From Phoronis australis (lineage: Eukaryota; Animalia; Phoronida), in NCBI GenBank assembly GCA_002633005.1, contig NMRA01000289.1:91516-155515 (forward strand): DNA of 64,000 nucleotides, given 5' to 3'. Position numbers and translations under genes: made by a program. The notes below the pieces were generated by a model. The model had not been told where the DNA came from and did not search any database. It saw only the letters and a program-made list of their open reading frames with translations. Shown here piece by piece: positions 52,067-64,000 of this stretch (the first letter of the stretch is position 1; each line of letters opens with the position of its first letter).

Positions 52067-54140
52067 TAAATAAAACGTGACCTTCTGTAGGCCTACCCAA
52101 AACCAAACATGACTGTAGCAGAAAACAAGCTGCATGGTTTCCGGCCAGATATTGAGACTGGGATATTGCCTTTTGGTCTGTGAGGATTTACCAAAACAAA
52201 GTGGTGCACTGGTTGACGATATACTAGAGCTTACGACAGATTATGTATATGGGACTACAATGGGAGGATTTACGGCGTCTTGACCCCGTGATCGCCCCCA
52301 CCCTCTCCTGCTCGTTCACTTTAACATGGTCGTAATGGAGAAATCTTAAGCACCCACCATATTAGTCGTTTGCTGGAATCCCTGGATAATCATCAGTGAC
52401 TGGTAATAAATAATCTCCACTGAGAGTGGGCTGTACGATTCAACCCGGATGTTAAAAGTTCATACTGGAGCTGGTTAGACATTGATTCGAAATTAGTACA
52501 CATTTATTGGTTGACTTAGTTGCTTTGATTTTCATGACGGACTATCTGTTCTTTGCATTTATGGTTGAAGGGACGTTAATCACTAAAAGGTCAATTTTCT
52601 GCAACAGAAGGTCACCAACGAGCTGTCAGCGNCCCATCCTCACCTCCCGTTTCCTTTCACTCTCTCATCCCTCTATTCCTGCTTTCTGATTCTCTTTCTC
52701 TCTCTCAAATGCAATTAATTGAGTCAATTCGGAAGTTTGTAATCCAAAAACTGAATAAAAGAACGCGACCAAATCAAACCATAGACCTACCAACGTTACA
52801 AATTGTCTCTTTCCCGGCAGAGTGTAACAGTCTCGTCTGCTCGTCAGTGAAAAGCAGATTCAAGCCATTTTTGAGAGAGTGCGAGAAGGTCACGAATACG
52901 TAATGTTTTTCAGTAAATAATATAGTTTCAAACAGAACCTATTTACTAAAAATAATCTCAAAGTTAATGTAGTATTTTGTTAACGTGTATATGACAGAAA
53001 GCAAATAATAAAGATGTGAAATTATGTATATACAAGCTAACGTACTCTCTCCCTAAGTTTTAGTACATGTAGAACAGGGTCGTTTGTGGCCGCTCGCGGA
53101 ACTATTTCCATGGCAACGATAGCAAACTCATAATCCACTGTTTCAGACCATGTTCTTGCGCGACTTTTTTGTTTTTAACCCTAGTCTTGAGCCCGTGTAG
53201 ATTCGTGTTGGTAAGTCTCGTGGAAAAGTCAATCGGAAACGTAATAAGATTATGAAATGTTTAAAAAGTGCATAGATACCTCTATTGCCGCAAGTTGTGG
53301 GGCTGTAGGTTGTGGGTCGTGAACCGAGGGGGTTGTGGGTTGAAAGGGTCGTGGGTCAAGGGAGTCGCGGAGTGTGCGGCTTGAGGGGTTTTAAAACAAT
53401 CCGAAAATGTCTGAAGATGGTGGAGTGCGAAATTTTTAAACTCACGCTCACGATACTCAACAGACGTGGTTTGAAAACTTGTGTAACTATCTCAGTTGTC
53501 CGTACTAGTGCTTTGAACAGAATGTGTTTATTTACTTGAGCTTGATTTGAAGTTCAAGTAATTACGAGACAGTATTCTGTGATGAATTGAAGGTTCCACG
53601 TCAATATAACGTGTTTTCAAAACATCATTCATCTGCTATGACTGGGGTATTTTTTCATTCTCTGCATTAATAGCAATATGGCCCTACATACTGAATTGCT
53701 GTGTATGTGTGACACCCAACAAAACGAAACACATATACATAAAACAAAGACGAGAAACAAAGTGAGCAAAAGTTTAGAGAGGTATACGCGAGTTTGATTA
53801 ATATAAAAAGCAGGTCGCTAACAAATTCATTCATAAATTGAATTCCGAGTTACACGTAGGGTAATCCAACTCCAAAGTCAACAAGAAAATAAGAATTTGT
53901 ATGAAGAACTGAAGCATGATGTTAATCAAAACTCAAAAAGGTGCATATTTCCATGAAGTGCGAAGGCGTGGTGAATTTCTCATCATTGGTACTGAAGAAC
54001 GCATCAATTCAGTGAACCATTTTCATCCCTGGGTATTGAGAAAGTGCTGCAAATCTCTGAGTGACTTGCAATTCTATTTTATTAAATTAACGACTGTTAA
54101 ATTAGAATCAGAATGTGTTTCTACATTTTTGATCTTGTAC

Positions 54141-54209
54141 GTCTTCGTAAAGTTCCACAGAGCTACAAACGTGCAGAAAACCAGCAACCAAGAACACCTT
54201 CCATGACAT
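54141..54209 (-). CDS. Paralogous or alternative signal-peptide exon 1 (second copy)
   Basis: MSWKVFLVAGFLHVCSSVELYED|gtacaa; 19/23 aa identical to exon 46294-46362, same length and phase; flanks also homologous. Functional status unknown. Confidence 0.65.
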
Positions 54210-55398
54210 CCTAGAGTTTCCAATTGACTAAACTGAGATTCAGTGATCCCGGACCTTAAAGAAAAGTGATTAAGTGAGGGACTGCTTCTGATCACATTCA
54301 TTAATTACGTCAAGTATTTTCATTCTCTGGTTGATACGGGCACTCATCGAGAAAAATGGATTTGTCCTGGGGACTGCTATGCAGTCAAGTTTCTAAATGT
54401 CTTGCTTTTGTGACATTTCGCTTCACTGTAATGTCAGAGATCACTGCGTAACTCTATAACTCTAACTGGCGGACTCAGTTTCCCAAGGTTTCTAGAAAAC
54501 ATGTTGAAGGAAATTTATGGGCGCAACTTTACTTTGATAGTTTTAGGTTCATTTACAATTGCGCTTTTATAGTACGGAAAAGTTCCAACAAAAAGTCGTA
54601 ATTTTGAGAAATTTTAGTTTGAAGTTACGTAATAGTTGCCAAATATCTACCCTCTGTTACAAGAAAAAACATTTTAATTAGACGACTTAAGATATTGGTC
54701 TAAAATTATTAATGAGTCAAACTGGTGATGATTTCAGGGTTTCGAAAGAGCTGGTAGTTCGTTAATGCTTGAGATCCCGTCCCACAAATTAGTGCGCATG
54801 CGTGTCATTTTATACGTCCTGCAAAGTTTTAGGCAGTTGGGAACTTCAGTTCTTTGTAGACCCGTTAATCACTTCGAATATCAGTAACGGACAAGTTGTG
54901 GCTAAAATCATATAAAAGCTTCCAAAGAAGACAAGGGTTATTTATTGCAGTAACCTTTTAAGTATTTCGAAAGCACGGCTGTCATAAAGTTTTACAAACC
55001 ATCCATACCTCTTGTTGATCACAGAATGTGTATGTGTAAAGCATGTTAAGCATTGTTTGTAAATATGAACGGGTGTCCTTTAAAGCCGCTATATACCCAC
55101 TTTCCGTCAAAAGTTGCTTGAAGCAGACAAGGAGTCTTTATCAATCTGGTCTCAAATTGTTTTTTACTCAGATTAGAACTGATTTCTGTGCTTGAGGAGA
55201 ACTTGTCAGTTCGTTGTTTTCTGAGGCGTGGCTAAAATGTGTGCGTAAATAGAGGAAAATGATCTTAAGCATTGTTGAACTGAGGCTAAAAACAGACCAA
55301 ACTGTAAGCATTTTAAAATGTTTAAATCATGAATTTTGTGAAACTTGGCAACACTTACATTTCGGCACACGACTATCAATTTCAGATTTAATTTTAAG

Positions 55399-55485
55399 TT
55401 GTGGCAATTTTTCTACATGTTCATCAACTTGAAACTAGCTTGTGGCAATTTTTCTACATGTACATCAACTTGAAACTAGCTTGTG
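55399..55485. repeat. 41-bp tandem duplication
   Basis: TTGTGGCAATTTTTCTACATGT[T/A]CATCAACTTGAAACTAGC twice. Confidence 0.9.
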
Positions 55486-58400
55486 TTTTATTTTTTCTTC
55501 CATTCGGCTTCAAAATGTGTGTCAAAATTTTCACTTTTTGATACTAGAAAGGATCATTTGATACCAATTTACCAGAAGCTTTGGAAACATCGCGTGGCAA
55601 TGTTTAAGGTAGGCCTACCAGAAAGTGCTGTGGCAGTGCAGTTTGCGAATTAGTGGGACAAAATTTCTTTTGTGTACGCCTTTTTACGCACGAAGGCCGC
55701 CCATAAACCTTTCATGCTGCGAACTCCCCTTCTAATATCCTGGCTGCCATCAGTCCTGCTAGGACCAACACGCAGTGTGCAACACCGCGACCAATAGCAA
55801 CTCGTCATCTCTGCATTGAATTGTGACAAGTTTCAAAAGAATGTCTCATGGACTTTCAATCTTTAACAAAATCCAAAGGTTTTATTTAGCAATATTTACA
55901 ATTTATAGCGTTAATGGGGCTATTCGACAATCTTAACATTACTAGAATGCGCGCGTGTATTGGTTGTGATAGATTAAGCAGCCTCGATTTCGAGAGCCCT
56001 TTAAATACATGGTGAAATGGTTTGCAGACGTGCCAACTGAATCTGAGATTGCGTAAAAAGGGTGTTTCTATGAGAGGAAGTAAGCATGACCTTATACAAA
56101 GGTAAGTTTTGGGATTATTTTCACGATTATTCCATGTTTACAATACTGATACCTGTTAACTGAGGTACTGGCCGATGTCGACTTCGCGGCAGTCGCCAGT
56201 CGGTTAATCATTGACAATGTTTGTTGTGATGACTGGTGTGTGTAACGGTACTTGACGTATCACTCAGGATCTTTTCGTATATCAAAGCAGTATTATTAAT
56301 GTTTGGAATGATTTCTAACAGGTTTATCAGTGACAGTTACATCAATCAATGCTGAATGTTTATGCTGTCAACTCGATATTTGTTAGTGAGGTAAGATTAC
56401 AATCCCAGCCCAAAGGTTACGTGACAAATATCCATTAGACTATTTGTTTACACCCTATCCTATGTCGGCCGGAAATCTATTACACGTTGACATCGAAATG
56501 TATCATGTCTGATTTCACCTGACCTTCGTTTTTTAGGTTTGAGGGCTAGTACTGTGCAGAGGAGATACGCATCGCTTCCGCAACCGTTCCGAATGGACAA
56601 AAACTGGTTTTAAGCAGTTGACTGCAGGCAGTTAACCAGTAAGATCTTCCTATTCAGTGCAGATCTGTTGTCAAAGTCTACTTTCTATATCGGAGGAAAA
56701 GAACAGAGCCTTTGAAAAGGGACAGCTATTTTTAAAGAAAAGTATGTAAGTTGTTTTGTTAATTTACTTATTCAGGTCCTTAGCGGGAGGTTGGAATAGC
56801 TGGTTGGGGTTGTAAAATTTGGTGCAACTGAATGTGGGGAAATAAGAGGTAATAGGGTCTGGGGAAAGAGCATGGTGAGGTAATTCTTAACCTTCGTGAA
56901 GTTCTTTCACGTTTCATGAAACTTTTTAGCTATACATTGTAAACCCCTAACAATATATTACATTCTCTGAATTCTCAATAACCGAACAGTCTTAACTCAT
57001 GCCTTGAAATGTTCCAAGTCGATTATAAATTCATGTGCCTGTCATTTTTGTGAAAATTGCATTTTTGATGTGAACATACGAGTGAGGTTGTATTTGAACG
57101 TATTATTCTTTCTGCCAAACAATGGCGCCTTGGCATTTTTAATTACTTTTAAACAACAGAAAGATTATCCATCATTTTTAAGTGACTCAAGTTTTCATAT
57201 CCTCTTTTAAAAAGAAAAATAAAAAAATCTGAGAAACGGTTCCCTCAGCCTTAGACCAGAAGTGTGCTTGACAGACTCATGAATCTGTAATCTGCGTTTA
57301 TAAATGCTGAAAATAACAAAAATCAAAATGCTTGAAAATGGGTTACAAAGGTTTGAAGTTGTCTCAAATAACTTGCACATTTTCAGACAAGTGATGCGTT
57401 TAAAGCATTGTTACGGCTAGGAATGAAAAATAAAGACGAAGTTCTGTACAAATCAATACTTATTATAATATATACACCCTTACTTTCTGGAAGTAGTAAT
57501 TATTAATTTTGTGTGAAATTGTACAGTTACCATATCATATTTTTGAAAAACAAGGGCAACATTTTTACCCAACCTTACGTACTCCGGTTCAGTGACATTT
57601 TTAAGGCCACTTCAAGCTGCAACATAGACAAGCTTTGTTACTCCATTCTCTTCCCACAGCATGTCGTCCACACCCCAGCAGTGCTGCATGGCACATCGTA
57701 CAAGTCAGTGGCCCTGGAGAAATGTTAATCGCAGTACTAAGTTACCGTACGAAAATGTACCAGTGGACTGTTTGTATGTGAAGAGGAACTATATCTGACT
57801 GCTACACCAGCCAGCCTCATTGGTGGGGATGCCCTTTCATAGGCAATGAGTCATGTGTGGACAACAATGGCTTATTTCTTTTCTTGGAAGAAACATGAGG
57901 GATTGAAGCTAAAGAAGACCTAGGAACACTCTGGTCTAGTTCAGGGTCAGATTTTGTGCACAAAGCGAGTCAAGTGATATGACGCTGTGATTACCTTCAA
58001 GGATCTAATTGTGGACTATATTGAGGTTGACTGAGGTTACATGAAGGAAAGCCACGTGCCAAAACTGGACTTTTTTACAAGCGCTTCTATAGCCCATTGA
58101 AACTCGATCCCAGTGAAATGAAAACCAAAAGCATCTGGTATAAATACCTGTCCTTTCTCACTGCGTGACATTTACTTTTCCTTTCAGAAGAAAGGCTTTA
58201 CACTAATGGTAAAAACTTTTCAGCTTGGTATGCATTATGCAGAAATGACATTCAGGGACTGCATCGATTGTCTTGTTGTCAGTAAAAAGATCGTTACTGT
58301 TACTCTTTCATGATCGAATAAATTTTTCACCAACAGGCAAATTTGTCACTTATTATTCAAACCACAACATTTCTTCAGTTTTAAAGCCCCATTTAGTGCA

Positions 58401-58800
58401 GTTGTGCTGCTTCTTTATAAAGCTGAAGTGATTACCGATTAGGCTTGCGAACTGTCATTTTACTATTCACCTATAGAAATGTCCGGCGATCAAAACATAG
58501 TACTCCCCAGTGGCCCCCGCCCCTGTAGATCCGCCTCTGTTCCCTCTGATTGCGTTTGATTTATGTATGTGTGAAACTGCTTTTAGAGCTTTCTTAAAGT
58601 CCAAGAAGCACACGCTGTTAGCCCTTATTACATGGTTAGAGGATGTTATAATGATCCAAGAAGTACCTACCTCATCGCTAGTACACAATCCGTAATCGAA
58701 TAAAGTTTAAATAAACGCGCCACTCACGATTCGGACCCGAAGAACACCGCCATTCTGAACTTACCGCGAACCCGGAAGTACAATTCATTCACGAACCCAG

Positions 58801-59433
58801 TATAGAATGCAGAATGGTGAATGTTGGCCAATTCCCCTTTTGTCCACTGACGTCACAAGCATACTGGTGCCCCCAGTGGAGGCCCTGAGAACTCGTAAAT
58901 AAACTGAGTTCATGAACCCGGTAGTATCCAGCCTAGCAACGGCCGAGCCAAGCTGGCGAACGGACTTGTATTTATTGTGGGACGTTGAGTATCGTTTTTT
59001 TTTTCTAAAAACATAATGCATGGTACATAATAATGAATGGTATATAGTATCAATTAATTATGATTGAAAGATTCCTTTTTAGTCGAGCGTAAACGAGGCT
59101 ATTTCGCGTGGGGATAAAACTTTAGCTTTGCCGTGTGTAACACAGAAGAACTTTTGGATGGTGTTGCAGGATCGCGAGAATGAATATTCCAATTTTCTTA
59201 ATTTATTGGAACAATATTAATTTTCTGAGAGGTATGACATGCAACATTATTTAAAAAACACACTAAAACATAGCGACTCTGGAAAAATCATAAAAAAACT
59301 TTAACCACAGTCGCCAGCATGCTTCTTTACGAGTTCTCAGGGCCTCCACTGGGGGCGCCAGTATGCGTGTGACGTCTGTGGACAAAAGGGTTTTGGTCAA
59401 CATTCACCATTCTGCCAGACGGCGTATTCTATA
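58801..59433. mobile_element. MITE with ~100-bp TIRs
   Basis: TATAGAAT..GCAGAATGGTGAATG...GAGAACTCGTAAA at left and the reverse complement ending ATTCTATA at right. Confidence 0.75.
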
Positions 59434-59524
59434 CGCAGAATGGTGAATGTTGGCCAAAACCCTTTTGTCCACAGACGTCACACGCATACTGGCGCCCCCA
59501 GTGGAGGCCATGAGAACTCGTAAA
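59326..59524. repeat. Near-perfect hairpin, 90-bp arms, 19-nt loop
   Basis: 59326-59415 pairs with 59435-59524 with 2 mismatches by eye. Confidence 0.92.
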
Positions 59525-60749
59525 CCGAGTTAGCCACTGATTTAGCCTATCAGTGCGTACCAACTTCAGACGAGTCACAGATAGATTTGGATAATTCTAT
59601 GTATCATGACTTTCGTCAATCCTCAAAATCTAGGAATTAAGAATGTATCTGTGATATGTTACATAGTGAATTTTGAGGTTGCGGCATGATAAATAATTTT
59701 GCTCAGTTGAGTATCTGAACTGAGTCCTGCGTCCGCGGCGCGAGTACTGCGAATGCCCACGTAAGTATGCAGCGGTTGTGTTTACGTTTCAGCTTCTCAT
59801 GATTTACGGCAGTGATAAGACGTCTGCTGTCTCTGAGTGGAATGTGGCCGAGCATTCGGTTATTTTGTTACTAGCCTGCAAACGGGGATAAAGGGGATAA
59901 AATAATCGACAGCGCGCCTTAACGTTAATAAAATCAAAATACGGACAATTGTATCGACATTGCTGACGAAATGTGGCGAATAAATTTTGACAGAAATTAT
60001 TTTGCCGGACTCGGGGCCCACAACCGATCGGATTCCGTGCGGACCGAGACCAGACACTGTCGAAGGGTAAAGGCATGTGGTTGCAAGCTGTTTTGTCGAA
60101 GTAAAAGGTTCAAATTATGAAGTGCCGTATACATACAAAGGTAGTTTGAGACACTTGCTTAAAATTACAGGGCTGGTTAGTCCTGTGTCACACTGCCGCG
60201 GCAACCCTTAAGTTAGTTTAGTTAACCTGCCAGCTACCAGTATGAAGATCGACTATCGTCATAATACATGAATTGCAGACGCCAAATTTTGGTACTTCCT
60301 GCCTTCTGGTGGACTTTTGTTTTCTACTTTTTCGGAGTTCTTGCTTCTCTGACTGAGGCAGACCTATTTCCATTTCTTCAAATAGGGGGCTCGTTCAAGC
60401 ACATAAGTATGGCAAGTCTAATACAAAATGTTATCATTTTTATTTATTAAGCAGTGAGTACGAAGGAAGTGACCTTACAACTGAACCACGTCGATAATTG
60501 TAATTTGAGTGGAGGTTGCAATCTCAATGACAAAATTGCAATAACCCATGAAACGAAAAATTTCTAGTGAACTTCGGTTTCAACTGTATGACGTTTTTTT
60601 TTTAATTTATGTATTAATAGTAAGCCAAAGGCATCAAGAAATGTTGCCCAAAGATGCTAGTTTGTTTTTTGTAGCAACGTTTGTCAAAATGTATCAACGT
60701 TAAATCTTCAAAAATTACAAAGTATCCGGTCAGTTCAGCAAATGTCACC

Positions 60750-62549
60750 ATAGACTCTATTCACGCGGCGGCCATTAAAATCCAAAGCGAGGCTCACTGC
60801 GATAAACAAAGCGAAAGTAGACATTGCGTGAGTGAAATAGCCGGTCTTTCGAGTCCAACTTGGATACTGAATTTTAATGATGTGTCGACAATTAACCACA
60901 GAGACGCAGGAAATTACATTAGAGAACAAGTTAAGACGCCAAAGAGTTATCTGACGAAAGGGTTTAATTTTTTTCGGAAAACTAGGTTCGAAACATGAAA
61001 AGTAAATATGACCAAATTGCAGCAATCGTGGTGTTAAGGATTAGGTATTATGGTGAATGCAGGGTTACGTTCTTTCATGTAAATTGTTGATCAAAATACT
61101 TTCTACGCGGACCAGGTCATCTGCTCGTATTGTTGACGAGTTGCAGACATATTCGACAGTGGTGGCTGTCATGTGCAATTAGTCACATCTGGTTTAATTT
61201 GTTGATCAAGAATATTAACATCAAGCATAGGATGATCCTATGCACTCACTGGGACTAACAGTCGATTTGTCATTGATCTGAAAGAATAGTTGATGTTATT
61301 AAATACATTTTTTATTAAAATAATAAACCAGGCTCGTAATTGAAAATAAAAATGATTTGACCATCAATTCTGCTTTCATGGTTGTAATAATTCTTACGTC
61401 TATTTCATGTGTTAGATATCAATCTGGACCAAGTTGAATTTTAAATTAAAACACCTAATTCGTTCGTCCAAAACATAACCTCGTTTTAGAACTCAATTTC
61501 AGTTAACTGGACAATGCAATCATAGTTATCATGTTTCTTCAGGAACCTCGTTCATCCGAGGGTAAAGGTGCCAGTGCGGCCTACTGAGAGGCGATTTTTT
61601 CGCCGAGTGAGAGCGGGAACAATCTACCTCCCGATCACCATCAATAGAACCCCCGCCCTGTTGCAAGCTCTCATAGGCTCTGTCTCAATTTAAAGTAGCC
61701 TTTTGTGCTCTTAAAAATTGTCACCTGTGTGGTTACAAATGACGTGAACTCAGAGAGATTTTTCACTAGGGGAATTTTTATACCTCGTGGGGGGGAATTT
61801 CGCGTGATATTTCAATATTTTTGAGAGGGGAATAGGACCGATATTGGGCCTCAAATTTTAGGGAATGAGGGCCCTGTTCTTTTTGGAAAGAAGAATTATA
61901 ATGTTCGTTCAACCCGTAGCAGGGGCGGATCCAGGATTTTGAGTTAGGGGGGGCAGGGCACAGGAATAAGCAGCATTTCGGCAGATGCGCGCGCCCAGCC
62001 TAAAATCTGGGGATGCAGGGGTCTTGAATTCTTGGGTTTGCGGACCTGTTGACTAAAAAAAAAACGGTAAACGGGGTTCATTCAGCGCCTATGCGTTTTT
62101 CATTCACCCCCAAGACCCCCTGGTTGCGCTCGTGTGCTTGTCAGCAATTCGCACCCGAACTCAAAAATGGGATCTGATACAATTTTAGGGGGAGGCACCC
62201 CCCTCCCCCAAATCCGTAGTCATGAAAATACAGCCTGGCATTCTCCGATCGTTACTACATGATGCTTGACAACTGACCAAGATGCGACAACATATGATCT
62301 ACTCATTTCGAAAACATTTATTTTACACGGACATATTTTGCATCGTCGCGGCGTATGGCAACGACCCAACGCTTCCGAATCTCACGTCTTTAGAGATTGT
62401 AAAGCAAACAGTTGCGTGTCCGTATTTTTTCTAGCCGTTCGCGGAACAACACGGACGGAAACACAGACTCCTATGCCGATAAGCTGACAGAGCTATCGTA
62501 GCGAGCCTCGTTTTGGAACGCGCCTCCTATCGGCGTGAATAGGGTCTAT
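60750..62549 (-). mobile_element. Same THAP/TIR family, copy 2 (inverted), carrying a nested MITE
   Basis: Reverse-complement homology to 11327-12958 over its length; ATAGACTCTATTCAC...GTGAATAGGGTCTAT ends. Confidence 0.85.
61920..62216 (-). mobile_element. CAGGGGCGGATCCAGG-type MITE, long form
   Basis: CAGGGGCGGATCCAGG...CCCCCAAATCCG; absent from copy 1 of the host element; interior matches 48960-49183 in reverse. Confidence 0.78.
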
Positions 62550-62589
62550 GTTGTCGGTGCCGGCAGAAATGAGACCAAGTCCAACGGGA

Positions 62590-63000
62590 ATTGCGAGCAC
62601 ATTTATCACTTAATAAGTAACGACTGCGGGAATGAAAGTTGGTGAAAACTGTTGAATCATGCAGAATAGTAAGTAAAGATATGTCACGCTAAATTTCACC
62701 GTAAATTGTTAGCGAAAACAATTTATACAAAGTTTTAAACTCGTTACCCCTCTGTCGTCCAAGATGGCCTACCTGATCCAAACAGAGATATAAATTTCGC
62801 CACAAAAAATGCATTAACTTTGCACTGCTTGCCCCGATTTTGATATTTTTCCGATTTTTATTATGTAGGGTGCATTATCTGTCCGATGATAGCAAAGTAC
62901 TTTTTCAAAACGAAAAAAAAAAAATTCAAAACGAAAAAAAAAATTGGTTCGACCGCCCAACATAACAGGAACTAAACACCAAACCTATTTTAACATAATA
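62590..63000 (-). repeat. Interspersed repeat fragment, copy B
   Basis: Inverted match to 35030-35452. Confidence 0.8.
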
Positions 63001-64000
63001 AACAAAAGTACGCCTAACATTCCAAAAAATATTAATGACCAATAACTACGAACTATAAATACACTATATATACAAACAAATCACGAGATATTACTAATAA
63101 AACCAAATAATGAAGACTTTTCGAGCAAGTGATAGCACATTCAGTTACAAGGAAAACATTGCGGCGTTCAGGACAAGTTCGTGGACTGACGAGCCGGAAA
63201 TGTGGGAATGGAAATAACCGATGACAGCCGGTAAGTATACGCTCACAGAGAAGGGTCAAATACTGTTAAAAAATCGCTTTTGGCACGAAAAACGAAAAGA
63301 ATATAACGAAAGGGTATCAAAAATAAGATTTTAATTGGTAAGTATTTTCGGATACCGGACCCATATTGGCATTTTGAGATAGGGACTTTAAGAAGACCTT
63401 TGAACAGTTTTAAGTTTTTTGTTAACCTTTCTAAAACAAAAGTTCCACATGCAAGCAAAGTATGTTTTCAATCGTAGCTAGCTGGATAACAATCTGCTAT
63501 GCACAAGATTCGAGAATAAACAATAATCAGTGTATTTAAAAACAAAATGGCAAACTCAACGATCACATACATACAACGGAACATCATTATTTGTTAAAAA
63601 CAATTGTAATTTTCTCGACATAACGAGCTGCAGGTTGCATTTGCGACCTGGAAATTGGAAATGCGAGCTAACATTTTGGTCAGCTCGTATCAAGTCGCAA
63701 AATGCAACCTGAAATTTCCAATGTATGCGGCAGATACCTGGTAAATATAAAGCAACTCTTGTAAATCCGACCGTTATTTGAATGTTGCCAAATCCAAGTT
63801 CCAAAGAACACTAACCGAAAACAGCCCTCCCGATGACTTGTAAGCAAGTCGCGTGAACATGGGATATGCAGAATGGATCTTTTACGCGTTTCAATGGCTA
63901 ACATTTTCGGCCACTTTTGCAAATTTCCGGATTCGCCGAAGTTTCGGGCCACTACATAACATGTGATAAACCATAGGCGGATTTAGGGGGGGGGCAGGGG

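Noticed and set aside
53290-53390. GGGT-rich tract with G-quadruplex potential
   Set aside because: Short and degenerate, probably a repeat fragment; no supporting context.
56040-58200. Plus-strand splice-like signals (GTAAGT at ~56102 and ~56746, acceptors at ~56536 and ~57659)
   Set aside because: Joined frames hit stops and give no recognisable protein; could be a lncRNA or decayed transposon but is unsupported.
58730-58790. CCGGAAGT (ETS) and CGCCAT (YY1-like) motifs with a minus-strand GTAAGT
   Set aside because: Short motifs among transposon fragments, with no linked exon identified.

Overview
This is AT-rich, intron-containing animal genomic DNA with an invertebrate-like transposon repertoire and three assembly gaps. 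One host gene was found, mostly invisible to the ORF track: a minus-strand secreted astacin (M12A) zinc metalloprotease. I assembled it by hand from 7 phase-compatible GT-AG exons spanning 46362 to 6483 (signal peptide, prodomain ending RKKR, catalytic domain with HEIGHVIGRIHE and SIMHY, EGF domain; further 3' exons not located). A diverged second copy of its promoter and signal-peptide exon lies about 8 kb upstream. The introns are packed with transposons: an Academ-type element (TATA TSD) carrying a full-length but disabled Gmr1-like LTR retrotransposon (integrase before RT), a CR1/L2-group LINE, a second truncated Gmr1-like element, a BEL/Pao relic, a P-like THAP element with a 7-bp TSD, ISL2EU-like THAP elements, a Helentron-like tandem-repeat element and many MITEs. 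The most notable observations are the duplicated first exon, clusters of perfect heat-shock elements in both LTR families, and a near-perfect hairpin with 90-bp arms. I found no CRISPR array or RNA gene and nothing I can defend as a wholly new system. All calls are by eye, without database searches.
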